From Mustelus asterias (taxonomy: Eukaryota), in the NCBI RefSeq assembly GCF_964213995.1, contig NW_027590137.1, positions 62,001 through 126,000 on the forward strand: 64,000 nucleotides of DNA. The letters run 5' to 3'. A model generated the notes under the pieces. It worked only from the letters and a program-made list of their open reading frames with translations. It had not been told where the DNA came from and did no database searches. Positions 51,586 through 64,000 of the stretch are shown one piece after another. Numbering within the stretch: position 1 is the first letter of the stretch; the number at the start of each line of letters is the position of its first letter. A program made the translations under genes and the position numbers.

Positions 51586-54500
51586 AACAAAGAACAAAGA
51601 ACAATACAGCACAGGAACAGGCTCTTCGGCCCTCCGAGCCCGCACAGCTCCCTGGTCCAAACTAGACCATTCTTTTGTATCCCTCCATTCCCACTCCACT
51701 CCTGTGGCTATCTAGATAAGTCTTAAATGTTCCCAGTGTGTCCGCCTCCGCCACCTTGCCTGGCAGCGCATTCCAGACCCCACCACCCTCTGGGTAAAAT
51801 ACGTCCTTCTGGTATCCGTGTTAAACCTCCCCCCTCCCCCCCTTTCCCCCCCCCTCACCTTGAACCTATGACCCCTCGTGAACGTCACCACCGACCTGGG
51901 AAAAAGCTTCCCACCTTTCACCCTATCTATGCCTTTCATAATTTTATACACCTCTATTAGGTCACCCCTCATCCTCCGTCTTTCCAGTGAGAACAACCCC
52001 AGCTGGAATTGCGAAGAGCATTGTCGGGCAATACAGCAGGATATAGATAGGCTGGAAAATTGGGCGGAGAGGTGGCAGATGGAGTTTAATCCGGATAAAT
52101 GCGAAGTGATGCATTTTGGAAGAAATAATGTAGGGAGGAGTTATACAATAAATGGCAGAGTCATCAGGAGTATAGAAACACAGAGGGACCTAGGTGTGCA
52201 AGTCCACAAATCCTTGAAGGTGGCAACACAGGTGGAAAAGGTGGTGAAGAAGGCATATGGTATGCTTGCCTTTATAGGACGGGGTATAGAGTATAAAAGC
52301 TGGAGTCTGATGACGCAGCTGTATAGGCCACATTTGGAGTACTGCGTCCAGTTCTGGTCGCCGCACTACCAGAAGGACGTGGAGGCATTGGAGAGAGTGC
52401 AGAGAAGGTTTACCAGGATGTTGCCTGGTATGGAGGGTCTTAGCTATGAGGAGAGATTGGGTAGACTGGGGTTGTTCTCCTTGGAAAGACGGAGAATGAG
52501 GGGAGATCTAATAGAGGTATACAAGATTATGAAGGGTATAGATAGGGTGAACAGTGGGAAGCTTTTTCCCAGGTCGGAGGTGACGATCACGAGGGGTCAT
52601 GGGCTCAAGGTGAGAGGGGCGAGGTATAACTCAGACATCAGAGGGACATTTTTTACACAGAGGGTGGTGGGGGCCTGGAATGCGCTGCCAAGTAGGGTGG
52701 TGGAGGCAGGCACGCTGACATCGTTTAAGACTTACCTGGATAGTCACATGAGCAGCCTGGGAATGGAGGGATACAAACGATTGGTCTAGTTGGACCAAGG
52801 AGCGGCACAGGCTTGGAGGGCCGAAGGGCCTGTTTCCTGTGCTGCACTGTTCTTTGTTCTTTGTTCTTTACCCACTCTCTCCTCATAACTAAGCCCTTCA
52901 TTACCAGGCAACATCCTGGTAAACCTCCTCTGCACTCTCTCGAAAGCCTCCACGTCCTTCTGATAGTGTGGCGACCAGAACTGGGCGCAGTATTCCAAAT
53001 GCGGCCGAACCAACGTTCTATACAACTGCAACATCAGACCCCAACTTTTATACTCTATGCCCCGTCCTATAAAGGCAAGCATGCCATATGCCTTATTCAC
53101 TACCTTCTCCACCTGTGACGTCACCTTCAAGGATCTGTGGACTTGCACACCCCCAGGTCTGCGTATCTACACCCTTTATGGTTCTGCCATTTATCGTATA
53201 GCACCCCCCTACGGTACTTCTACCAAAATGCATCACTTTGCATTTATCTGGATTGAACTCCATCTGCCATTTCTTTGCCTAAATTTCCAGCCTATCTCTA
53301 TCCTGCTGTAGCCTCGGACAATGTTCCTCACTATCTGCAAGTCCAGCCATTTTCGTGTCGTCCGCAAACTTACTGATCATCCCAGTTACACCTTCTTCCA
53401 AATCGTTTATATAAATCACAAACAGCGGAGGTCCCAATACAGAGCCCTGCGGAACACCACTAGTCACAGTCCTCCAGCCGGAAAAAACCCCTTCCACTAC
53501 CACCCTCTGTCTTCTGTGACCAAGCCAGTTCTCCACCCATCTAGCCACCTCCCTCTTTATCCCATGAGATCCAACCTTTTGCACCAACCTACCATGAGGG
53601 ACTTTGTCAAACTCTTTACTAAAGTCCATATAGGCGACATCCACGGCCCTTCCCTCGTCAACCATTCTAGTCACTTCTTCAAAAAACTCCACCAGGTTAA
53701 TGAGGCATGACCTCCCTCTCACAAAACCATGCTGACTATCGTTAATGAGCTTATTCCTTTCTAAATGCGCATACATCCTATCTCTAAGAATCCTCTCCTT
53801 CCCTACCACGGACATCAACGTCGCTGGCCTATAATTTCCCGGGTTGTCCTTCCTACCCTTCATAAATAACGGGACCACATTAGCTATCCTCCAATCCTCT
53901 GGGACCTCACCTGTGCCCAGTGACGAGACAAAGATTTGTGTCAGAGGCCCAGCGATTTCAGCTCTCATCTCCCTGAGCAGCCTTGGATAGATTCCATCAG
54001 GCCCTGGGGTTTGTTAGTCTTTATATTCCCTAAAAACCTAACACTTCCTCCCTTGTAATGGAGATTTTCGCTAACCGGTCAACACTCCCCTCCGAGACAC
54101 TCCCAGTCAACACATCCCTCTCCTTTGTGAATACCGATGCAAAGTATTCATTTAGGATGTCCCCTACTTCTTTGGTCTCTGAGCATAATTCCCCACTTTT
54201 GTCCCTGAGAGGTCCGATTTTTTCCCTGACAACCCTTTTGTTCCTAACGTATGAATAAAATGCCTTGGGATTCTCCTTAATCCTGTCTGCCAAGGACATT
54301 TCGTGACCCCTTTTTGCCCTTCTAATTCCTCGTTTGAGTTATTTCCTACTTCCTTTGTATTTCTCCAGAGGTCCCTCCGTTTCTCGCTGCCTGGACCTAA
54401 CGTACGCCTCTCTTTTCTTTTTGACCAATCCCTCAATTTCCCTGGTTATCCACGGTTCTCGAATCCTACCCTTCCTATCCTTCTTTTTTACAGGCACATG

Positions 54501-56456
54501 CCTATCATGCAGCCCCAACAACTGTTCCTTAAAAGACTCCCACAAGCCAGATGTGGATTTACCCTCAAACAGCCTCTCCCAATCAAGAGCTCCCAATTTC
54601 TGCCTAATCCCACTGAAGTTAGCCTTCCCCCAATCCAACACCTTACCCTTGGGACACCACTCATCCTTTTCCATCACTATCCTAAAGCTAACAGAATTGT
54701 GGTCACTATTTGCCACATGAAGACCTGACCAGGCTCATTCCCCAGTACTAGGTCCAGCAGAGCCCCCTCTCTAGTCGGGCTATCTACATATTGTTCCAAA
54801 GAACCTTCCTGTACGCATTTTACAAATTCCTCCCCATTCAGACTCCCAGCCCGACGCGATTTCCAGTCGAGACCAGGGAAATTGAAGTCTCCCACTACAA
54901 CAACCCTATTTTTTCCTGCACCTATCCATTATCTCCTGACATATCCGTTCTTCCACTTCCCTTGGGCTGTTAGGGGGCCTGTAGTATACCCCCAACAAAG
55001 TGACTGCGCCCTTCCTGTTTCTGAGCTCCACCCAGAGTGACTCGTTACACGACCCCTCTGAATTGTCCTCCCTCTGCACCGCTGTAATATGCTCTCTAAC
55101 TAATACTGCTACTCCCCCACCTCTTTTGGCCCCTCCTCTGTCTCGTCTAAAACACTTGTACCCCGGAATATTCAGTTGCCAGTCCTGTCCCTCTTTCAAC
55201 CAATTCTCTGTCACCGCAACCACATCCAATTTCCTCGTAAGCATTAAGGCCCTAAATTCGCCTGCCTCACCTGCTACGCTCCTTGCATTGAAGTAGATGC
55301 ACTCCAGACCTCCAGGCCCAGTGAGGTCATCCTCCCCCAGAGTGCTCTTCTTCTTTGCCAGCCTTGTCCTGGCCCCAAGCTCGTCCTCAGCCTCTACACT
55401 TGTAGACCTAATTTTTTGATCCCCACCCCCCTGCCATATTAGTTTAAACCCACCCAAACTGCACTAGCAAAACTCCCAGCCAGGATATTCGTGCCCTTCC
55501 AATTTAGTTGTGACCCATCCTTCTTGTACAGTTGGCCTCCTCTCTTGAAAACTTCCCAGTGATCCAGGAATATGAAGCCCTCCCTCCTGGACCAGTCCTT
55601 TAGCCAAGCGTTCAATTGTACTATCTCCCTATTCCTAGCCTCACTGGCCCTAGGCATTGGGAGCAGCCCAGAGATTGCCACCCTGGAGGCCCTACTTTTT
55701 AGTCTATTTCCCAACTCACTGAATTGCTCTCGTAGGATCCCCCTGCTCTTCCTATCTACGTCATTTGCACCAATGTTTACAATGGCATCCGTTTCTTTAT
55801 CCTCCCCTTTTAATATGCCTCCTATCCGCTCGGAGACATCCAGTACCCCAGCACCAGGTGGGCAGACTACCATCCTGAAGTCCTGTTCGCACCCACTGAA
55901 TCGCCTGTCCGTGCCTCTAACTGACGCGTCCCCCACCACTATTGCTCTCCTAACCCCTCTCTTTCCTTTCCGGGCCACAGAGCCTGACTCTGTGCCAGTG
56001 ACCTTGTCACTGTGGTTTACCCCTAAAGAGTCATCCTCCTCCACACTATCCAAAACAATATACTTGTTTTGGAGTGGGACAACCACAGGTGACCCCACCA
56101 CTAATTGCTCACTCCCCTCCCCTCTCACACCTGTCGCCGAGCCCTTCCTATTATGAGACACAATCACTGGAGTACTCTCTGGTACGTTACCCTTATGACC
56201 TTTACTCCTCCTAACTGTGACCCACGTGTCTTCCCCCTGAGGCCCCGGTGTAACTACTTGCCTATAACTCATGTCTATTTGTTTCTCATTCTCCCTGACT
56301 AGACTAAGGTCATCAAGCCGCTGCTCCAGTTCCCTGACGCGTTCCCTCAGGAGCTACAGTTCCACGCACCTGGCGCAAATGTGAACCTTGGGGCGGCGAG
56401 GTGTTTCCAGGAACTCCCACATCCCACACCGAAAGCAACAAACTGGCCTATCACCC
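51586..56456 (-). mobile_element. Near full-length CR1 (ORF1 Zn-finger/coiled-coil + esterase, ORF2 APE/RT), decayed
   Basis: Begins MGDRPVCCFRCGMWE..CARC; ORF 55439..56272 esterase-like (IVVGDA, IGAND); TSD ATAAAG at 51580 and 56457. Confidence 0.92.
52003..52868 (+). mobile_element. CR1 3' fragment nested antisense in the CR1 above
   Basis: ORF 51878..52789 switches from host antisense to RT C-terminus; (TTCTTTG)n tail. Confidence 0.9.
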
Positions 56457-57217
56457 ATAAAGTGCCTTATATATTTATATATAAAATGAGAATTCACAAT
56501 GCACCTGGAACAAAATATACGAAGGTATTATAAACTACGAAGGTATTATAAATTGTACACCCACAAATTAACCAACTATTATAAGCTTAAACTGTACTTT
56601 AAACCCTATATTGTGAGCCTTGACCAACTTCATTCTGAATGCAGCATGATGGGAAACACTGTGGTAGGCCGAATTCTGTTAATAGAATGGGGCACAGAAA
56701 GGATATGCGAAAACAAATTTAATCATAGACCTGCTATTTAAGGGAGTAAATTCGTTCATGGGTAGCGAGGCTGGAGCAGTCTCTCAATCTGATAAAGGAG
56801 GCCCTGGTTCCCCAAAAGAGTGACTCCTTTCATCAATTAAAATTCGCAGGTGTTAGTTATAGCCTTGGTTACTGGTAATGACGTGGGTTGGGTTTCTTAG
56901 GTAAAGGGGGAGGAACCTACATGGGCAATGAGCTAATAACCTCATGGAGGTTCCTCCCCCTTTGTGGGTGTACAATTTATAATACCTTTGCAGTTTATAA
57001 TACCTTCGTATATTTTGTTCCAGGTGCATTGTGAATTCTCATTTTATATAAGGCACTTTATAATTACCCTAACCTAGTCTACTTATTATGGTAATACTAA
57101 AATGAAGGGACAGATACTAGAATTCTATACTACCCCCCATCAAGCTGTCACTGTGCATAATGTGCAAGTCAGCAAGGATTTCTAAACAGTCGCTTTTTCC
57201 TCTTTTATTTAAAAATT

Positions 57218-57315
57218 AACCGCCGGGGAGGAGCTGGACGTGACATCACGGCAATATCCCACCCCTCCCCGGGACTCATTTCTTCCGAGCTGCGGGCGGG
57301 CCGGAGCAGGCAAGA
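57218..57315. promoter_or_regulatory. Small CpG-rich promoter-like patch
   Basis: GACGTGACATCAC (CRE/ATF-like), GGGCGG GC box, CpG-dense in AT-rich context. Confidence 0.35.
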
Positions 57316-58184
57316 GTTGTCTGCATGTCTGTGAATGTGCATGTTTGTGTAAGTCTGAGTATTTTTGTCTGCATGTCTGTGTGCATCTGTGAATGTGTTT
57401 GTGTGTGTGTGCCAGCTGCCTGTAGCTGTTTGTCTGAGATACTGCATATCTGTATATGTGTTTGAGTTTCCCAGTGTCTGTCAATGTGTTTGTGTGTCTG
57501 CGAGTTTGCCTGTTGCTGTTTCTAAGATTGTTATCGAGTTTGTGAATAGGTTCATCTGCATTAAAATATATTAAAATAACAAACAATAGGAACAAGAAAA
57601 GTACAGCAGCATAATTCTCCAATAAGATCCTTCAGTCGTCTGAAAATTCAGTGATCTTCCAGGTAGGGACCAATTACCTCACAAGAGGGAGCTCCCCTCA
57701 CTGTGTTGTGTGTTCACTGCAGCAGCAGGTGGATGGAATGAAAACGTCAATATTTTCATGTTTAATAAATGTTTTTGTTAAAAGTAAATTGGCCGTCAGT
57801 GACTCTGTTCATCCACATTTCTAAAACAAAACGGTAAAAGTTATGGTCGCTTGACCAGGGTTTTATTCTTGAACCTTCCTATCCAATAATAACATCAGCT
57901 GGGATTGCAACATTCCATCTCCTCTTAGCAGCTCATCTTGTCCAGGAAACCCACCTTCAGTTCCGTTCACCCAATTCCCAATAAACTGCTTTTAGATTTG
58001 GGTGAGTTTGTATAAAATAGATAAAGGTGGATATTCAAGATACTTAACAAGTGAATAAAGGCACAAGATGTAAACTTCTATGACTCTATGCCACAGGTTT
58101 TGAACAAACAAAATAAACTTTACTATACACTGTGAGAAAGGTAAAGCAATTCACAATATGTGGGCATTCAAACATTCAAGGACT

Positions 58185-58590
58185 TTAGAGAGGAAAGGGA
58201 GATGGGATGGTAGTTTACAAGGGCATGTGCCAAGGATTAGTTTTTTTACAGAAGTGGGTGATGATTTGGAGGAGAGGAAGCTATTAACAATAACAGCTAA
58301 TGTGGAGAAATCGTGCTGCCAGTAGCTCAGTGGGAATAGGATTGGGGGATCAGGTGGTGGGTCTCATGGACAAGATGATCTCAAGAGCACATGAGGGGAG
58401 GCGGGAGAGAAACCGCAGAAAGATGAGTGTTCAGACAAAGGGGAGTGTTAGAGGAGGTTTGGTCGAGTGGGTTAGGGGAAGGGAGGGAAGCCACAGAGGC
58501 AGCTGATTGGATTGTCTCAAACTTAGTGACAAAGAAGATCATGAGTTTCTCCTCCATGAGCACTTGTGGGGAGGTGAAGATGGAGGAGGG
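58185..58590 (-). mobile_element. Old L2-like LINE fragment
   Basis: Purine-rich pattern resembling L2 ORF2 antisense; weak. Confidence 0.4.
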
Positions 58591-58790
58591 ACAAAGGGAG
58601 AAGGAATTCAGTTATGTTGATGATTTTAAAGATATTCAACACAGTATCGAACACAAAGCTAATTTATTTGACTTTTATTCAGAATATTAAATCATACAAC
58701 TGGCTGGAGGTCATTAACATCAGCAAAAATAAACCCAATTAACACATTACAGTCATAGATAGGATTAACAGCAGATTCCAATCACTGTGG

Positions 58791-59696
58791 TTACTCGTGA
58801 ATTCTTTGGTGTCTAAGCAGGTGGAATGACTGAGAAAATCCCTTTCCACACTCGGAGCAGATGAATGGTCTTTCCCCAGTGTGAACTCGCTGGTGTCTCA
58901 GCGGGTTGGATGACCGAGTGCATCCCTTCCCACACTCTGAGCAGGTGAATGATCGCCTGAACCCAGCCCCACAGTGAGAGCACCCGAATGGTCTCTCATC
59001 AGTGTGAACACGTTGATGGGACATCAGTTCACTAGAACTTTTATAGCACTTCCCGCAGTCTGAGCATTTAAAAGGTCTTTCGTCAGTGTGAACCCGTTGA
59101 TGTGTCAGGAGGTCAGATGATTGAGTGAATCCCTTCCCACACTGAGAGCAGATGAACGGCCTCTCCCCAGTGTGAATGCGCTGGTGTGACACCAGGCTGG
59201 ATGACTGAGTGAATCTCTTCCCACACTGAGAGCAGGTGAACGGCCTCTTCCCGTGTGAAGCCATTGGTGTCTCAGCAGGTGGGATAATTGAGTGAATTCC
59301 TTCCCACACTCAGAGCAGGTGATTGGCTTCTCCCCAGTGTGAACATGCTGATGAGTACGTAGGTGGGATGACCGAGTGAATCCCTTTCCACACTCGGAAT
59401 AGGTGAACAGTCTCTCCCCAGTGTGAACTTGCTGGTGTAACACCAGGTTGGATGACTGAGTGAATCCCATTCCACACTCAGTGCAGGTGAATGGCGTCTC
59501 CCCATGTGACTGCGCCGATGAGTTTCCAGCTGGGATGGGTAACTGAATTCCTTCTCACAGTCCACACGTTGCTGCGCTTTTTCCATAGAGTGACTGCACT
59601 TATGTTTTGACAGGCCAGATGATCGGTTGAGGCCTCGTCCACACACAAAACACATGTATGGTTCCCTCCACCGTGAACGGTGCTTTTTCCTTCCAC
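58791..59696 (-). pseudogene. C2H2 (Krueppel-type) zinc-finger gene, frameshifted; 5' part of the exon displaced to 63159-63189
   Basis: About ten CxxCGKxF..HxxxHTGERP fingers over several frames; likely start reads GTG(EGKSTVH); one fused finger near 58955. Confidence 0.85.
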
Positions 59697-59776
59697 GTTC
59701 AAAAGCCACTGATATTCAGTTACAATAAATTGGATGAATCTGTCAGATTTTGATATGTTATTTATTTTCAGTTTCC

Positions 59777-60097
59777 AGGGTGAACAGTGGGAAGCTTTTT
59801 CCCAGGTCGGAGGTGACGATCACGAGGGCTCACGGGCTCAAGCTGAGAGGGGCGAAGTATAACTCAGATATCAGAGGGACGTTTTTTACACAGAGGGTGG
59901 TGGGGGCCTGGAATGCGCTACCAAGTAGGGTGGTGGAGGCAGGCACGCTGACATCGTTTAAGACTTACCTGGATAGTCACATGAGCAGCCTGGGAATGGA
60001 GGGATACAAACGATTGGTCTAGTTGGACCAAGGAGCGGCACAGGCTTGGAGGGCCGAAGGGCCTGTTTCCTGTGCTGTACTGTTCTTTGTTCTTGTT
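59777..60097 (+). mobile_element. CR1 3' fragment nearly identical to 52544-52868
   Basis: ORF 59750..60022 shares C-terminus ..GMEGYKRLV. Confidence 0.9.
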
Positions 60098-60130
60098 CCA
60101 TGTACCACAGCTCACTGAGCTGCCAACACG

Positions 60131-62343
60131 ATAGCATTGGAAAGAGATAGGATCAGGCAGGCTAGGAAAGTGTTTCTCTGGAGTAAAGGGAAATACAGTG
60201 TCATCAGGGAGGAAATTAGACGGGTAAATTGGAAGGAGGCATTCTTGGGGAAAAGTACCGAAGGAAAGTGGAGGATTTTCAAGGAATGTTTGTCTGGAGC
60301 TCTGCATGACAACGTTCCGATGAGACAGGGGGGTGTTGGTAGGGTACGGGAACCGTGGTGCACGAAGGTTGTGATGAACCTGGTGAATAAGAAAAGAGAG
60401 GCGTACAGAAGGTTCAGAGAGCTAGGAGGTGTTAAGGATTTAGAGGAGTATACGGGATGTAGGAAGGAGCTTAAGAAGGAAATTAGGAGAGCGAGAAGGG
60501 GTCATGAGAAGACCTTGGCGGGTAAGATTAAGGAGAATCCCAAGGCTTTCTACAAATATGTCAAGAGTAAAAGGATGAGATGTGAAGGCATAGGACCCTT
60601 AAAAGGTGAAGGGGGAAAAGTTTGTGCGGAACCGTTAGAAATGGCGGAGGTGCTTAATGAATACTTTACCTCGGTATTCACGGTGGAAAGGGATCTGGGT
60701 GGTTGTACTGCTGGTTTGCGGTGGACAGAAAGGATCGAGCATGTGGACATAAAGAAAGAGGATGTGTTGGAACTATTGAATGGCATCAAGGTTGGTAAGT
60801 CGCCGGGACCGGATGGGATGTACCCCAGGTTACTGTGGGAGGCGAGGGAGGAGATTGCGGAGCCTTTGGCGATGATCTTTGCATCGTCGATGGAGACGGG
60901 AGAGGTTCCGGAGGATTGGAGGATTGCAGATGTGGTCCCTATATTCAAGAAAGGGAACAGGGACAGCCCGGGAAATTACCGACCGGTGAGTCTAACCTCA
61001 GTGGTTGGTAAGTTGATGGAGAGGATCCTGAGAGACAGGATTTATGATCATCTAGAGAAGTTTAGTATGATCAAAAGTAGTCAGCACGGCTTTGTCAAGG
61101 GCAGGTCGTGCCTTACGAGCCTGGTTGAGTTCTTTGAAAATGTGACCAAACACATTGACGAAGGAAGAGCGGTGGATGTGGTCTATATGGACTTCAGCAA
61201 GGCGTTCGATAAGGTCCCCCATGCAAGACTTCTTGAGAAAGTGAGAGGGCATGGGATCCAAGGGGCTGTTGCCTTGTGGATCCAGAACTGGCTTGCCTGC
61301 AGAAGGCAGAGAGTGGCTGTGGAAGGGTCTTACTCTGCATGGAGGTCAGTGACCAGTGGAGTGCCCCAGGGATCTGTTCTGGAACCCTTGCTGTTTGTCA
61401 TTTTCATAAATGACCTGGATGAGGAAGTGGAGGGATGGGTTGGTAAGTTTGCTGACGACACCAAGGTAGGTGGTGTTGTGGATAGTTTGGAGGGATGTCA
61501 GAAGTTGCAGCGAGACATAGGTAGAATGCAAGACTGGGCGGAGAAGTGGCAGATGGACTTCAACCTGGATAACTGTGTAGTGATCCATTTTGGCAGATCC
61601 AATGGGATGAAGCAGCAGTATAATATGAAGGGTACCATTCTTAGCAGTGTAGAGGATCAGAAGGACCTTGGGGTCCGGGTCCATAGGACTCTTAAATCGG
61701 CCTCGCAGGTGGAGGATGCGGTCAAGAAGGCGTACGGCGTACTAGCCTTCATTAATCGAGGGATTGAGTTTAGGAGTCGGGAGATAATGCTGCAGCTTTA
61801 TAGGACCCTGGTTAGACCCCACTTGGAGTACTGCGCGCAGTTCTGGTCACCTCATTACAGGAAAGATGTTGAAGCCATTGAAAGGGTGCAGAGGAGATTT
61901 ACAAGGATGTTGCCTGGATTGGGGGGCATGCCTTATGAGGATAGGTTGAGGGAGCTTGGTCTCTTCTCCCTGGAGAGACGAAGGATGAGAGGTGACCTGA
62001 TAGAGGTTTACAAGATGTTGAGAGGTCTGGATAGGGTAGACTCTCAGAGGCTATTTCCAAGGGCTGAAATGGTTGCTACGAGAGGACACAGGTTTAAGGT
62101 GCTGGGGGGTAGGTACAGAGGAGATGTCAGGGGTAAGTTTTTCACTCAGAGGGTGGTGGGTGAGTGGAATCGGCTGACGTCGGTGGTGGTGGAGGCAAAC
62201 TCGTTGGGGTCTTTTAAGAGACTTCTGGATGAGTACATGGGATTTAATGGGATTGAGGGCTATAGATAGGCCTAGAGGTAGGGATATGATCAGCACAACT
62301 TGTGGGCCGAAGGGCCTGTTTGTGCTGTGGCTTTCTATGTTCT
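60131..62343 (+). mobile_element. Young CR1, open 710-aa RT-containing ORF, 5'-truncated
   Basis: ORF 60137..62269 with no stops; AACAC duplicated at 60125 and 62344. Confidence 0.95.
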
Positions 62344-62565
62344 AACACCCTGTCCCATGTACCACAGCTCACTGTGCTGCCAACACCCTCCACCATGGAC
62401 TGGCATTGTGTGGATTCATAGCTGTATCCCTCTCCTGCAGTCTTATTGCCCGGACAGTCTGGGCAAACACAGAGCCGGAGTAAGCTGCTTCTACACAAAA
62501 AGGAACGGATGGAAGGGAATGTCACTCTGAACCACTCGTATTAATGTCCCATGTTCATTAATGTT

Positions 62566-63158
62566 CATGTTGCAGCTTTATAGAACCTTCGTTCGGCTGC
62601 ACTTGGAATATAGTGTTTAATTCTTGTCGCCACATTACCAGAAGGATGTGGAGGCTTTGGAGAGGGTACAGAAAAGATTTACCAGGATGTTGCCTGGTAT
62701 GGAGGGCATTAGCTATGAGGAGAGATTGGAGAAACTTGGTTTGTTCTCACTGGAGCGACGGAGGTTGAGGGGAGACCTGATAGAAGTCTACAGGATTATG
62801 AGAGGCATGGACAGAGTGGATATTCAGAAGCTTTTTCCCAGGGTGGAAGAGTCAATTACGAGGGGGCATAGGTTTAAGGTGTGAGGGGCAAGGTTTAAAG
62901 GAGATGTACGAGGCAGATCTTTTACACAGAGAGTAGTGGGTGCCTGGAACTTGTTGCCGGGGGAGGTAGTGGAAGCGGATACGGTAGTGACTTTGAAGGG
63001 GCATCTTGACAAGTACATGAATAGGATGGGAATAGAGGGATGTGGTCCCCGGAAGGGTAGTGGGTTTTAGTTAAGTCGGGCAGTATGGTCGGTGCAGGCT
63101 TAGAGGGCCGAAGGGCCTGTTCCTGTGCTGTAATTTTCTTTGTTCTTTGTTCTCTTTG
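62566..63158 (+). mobile_element. CR1 3' fragment
   Basis: ORF 62624..62884; (TTCTTTG)n tail. Confidence 0.9.
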
Positions 63159-63624
63159 TTCCTGACTGCAAATTGTCTCCTTCTAGTTCCTGTTAAATTG
63201 ATTTGAAATTGAAAAAAAGGGGATTGAGAGAGGACCCAGAGACAGATTATGAATAGAGTTCAAAGTGAAGCAACAATAAAAAAAAAACACACAGCAGGAC
63301 AAGGACTGAGTTCTGCATCCAACATGAAACCTGATTCAAACCGACTTCCAACTTGTCAGCCTGTGTTTCTAATCTCAGAACCATAAAACAGAAACAAGAC
63401 TCTGTAGATATTACATCCGAAATAAAGAGTACAAACACTGGTGATATTCAGCAGGCTAGGCAGCCACTGTAAAGTGACAAACAGAATTGAGGGCTCAGAT
63501 TGCCGACTAGCCCTCAGTCTGCAATGAAATATTCAGGCACTGAATAATGGCGGTCTCAATTCCCACAATGCTCTGCGCCCCAGAAACCCCTCTATTCAAA
63601 GGTTGTTCACCGTAATTCACTAAA

Positions 63625-64000
63625 CAGAGAATCCTTGCAATGCAGAAGAAGGTCATTCGACCGATTGAGTGCGTATTGATCGTGCGACTGAGCATCTTTA
63701 TCCCTTATCCCTGTAACCTCACGCATTTACCCTGCTAATCCACCTACGGTCCTTTCTCTTCACCCTACCCGTAACTGCAACAATATATTCGGCTTTTCCT
63801 TCCCCCATGTACTTTATCAACGTATGTTTTGCCTGCATAGCACGCAAGAAATATTACTTTTCACTGTATGCCAGTGCATGTGACAATAATAAATCAAATC
63901 AGAACCTACACATCGTGGGACATTAAAGGACAATTGTAAGCATGGTCAGTCCACCTAACCCGCACATCTTTGGAGAAAACCGGAACACCCGGAGGAAACC
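63625..64000 (-). mobile_element. HE1 SINE 3' part with a + strand Rex1 tail nested at ~63750-63900
   Basis: CCACCTAACCCGCACATCTTTGG..GGAGGAAACC; AATAAATCAAATC tail. Confidence 0.7.

Larger units (their letters stand above)
51483..57152. mobile_element. Fold-back (inverted-duplicated) ERV LTR U3, split by a CR1
   Basis: 51483-51585 + 56457-56567 is the reverse complement of 56961-57152; homologous to LTR 25331-26227. Confidence 0.8.

Noticed and set aside
57149-57155. CACTGTG at the fold-back boundary suggesting RAG involvement
   Set aside because: No nonamer, and the breakpoint lies inside the heptamer rather than at its edge.

Overview
Eukaryotic genomic DNA from a cartilaginous fish (shark; HE1-type SINEs and CR1/HER1-type LINEs point to a modern shark, possibly carcharhiniform - inference). 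The core is one complete IgM heavy-chain cluster on the + strand: leader (18663), VH, JH (19577), CH1-CH4 with secretory tail, TM1 and TM2 (ending 43888). VH is already fused in the genome to D-like sequence. It has no 23-RSS of its own and is followed directly by a 12-spacer RSS, so this is a germline-joined VD(D)-J locus needing one RAG step. All exons are open and splice in phase, but several conserved residues are changed. Upstream lies a paralogous orphan pseudo-VH lacking promoter and leader and broken by TE insertions. Downstream are decayed tRNA genes (Arg, Val) and a frameshifted C2H2 zinc-finger gene. A large share of the window is retroelements (CR1, HE1/V-SINE, Penelope with hammerhead ribozyme motifs, Rex1/Babar, ERV LTRs). 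Notable structures are a young CR1-in-CR1 long palindrome 0.7 kb 5' of VH, a fold-back LTR, and a G/purine-rich repeat just 5' of CH1 resembling a switch region. Most short ORFs in the track are TE antisense frames or low-complexity artefacts. All calls are by eye, without database searches.
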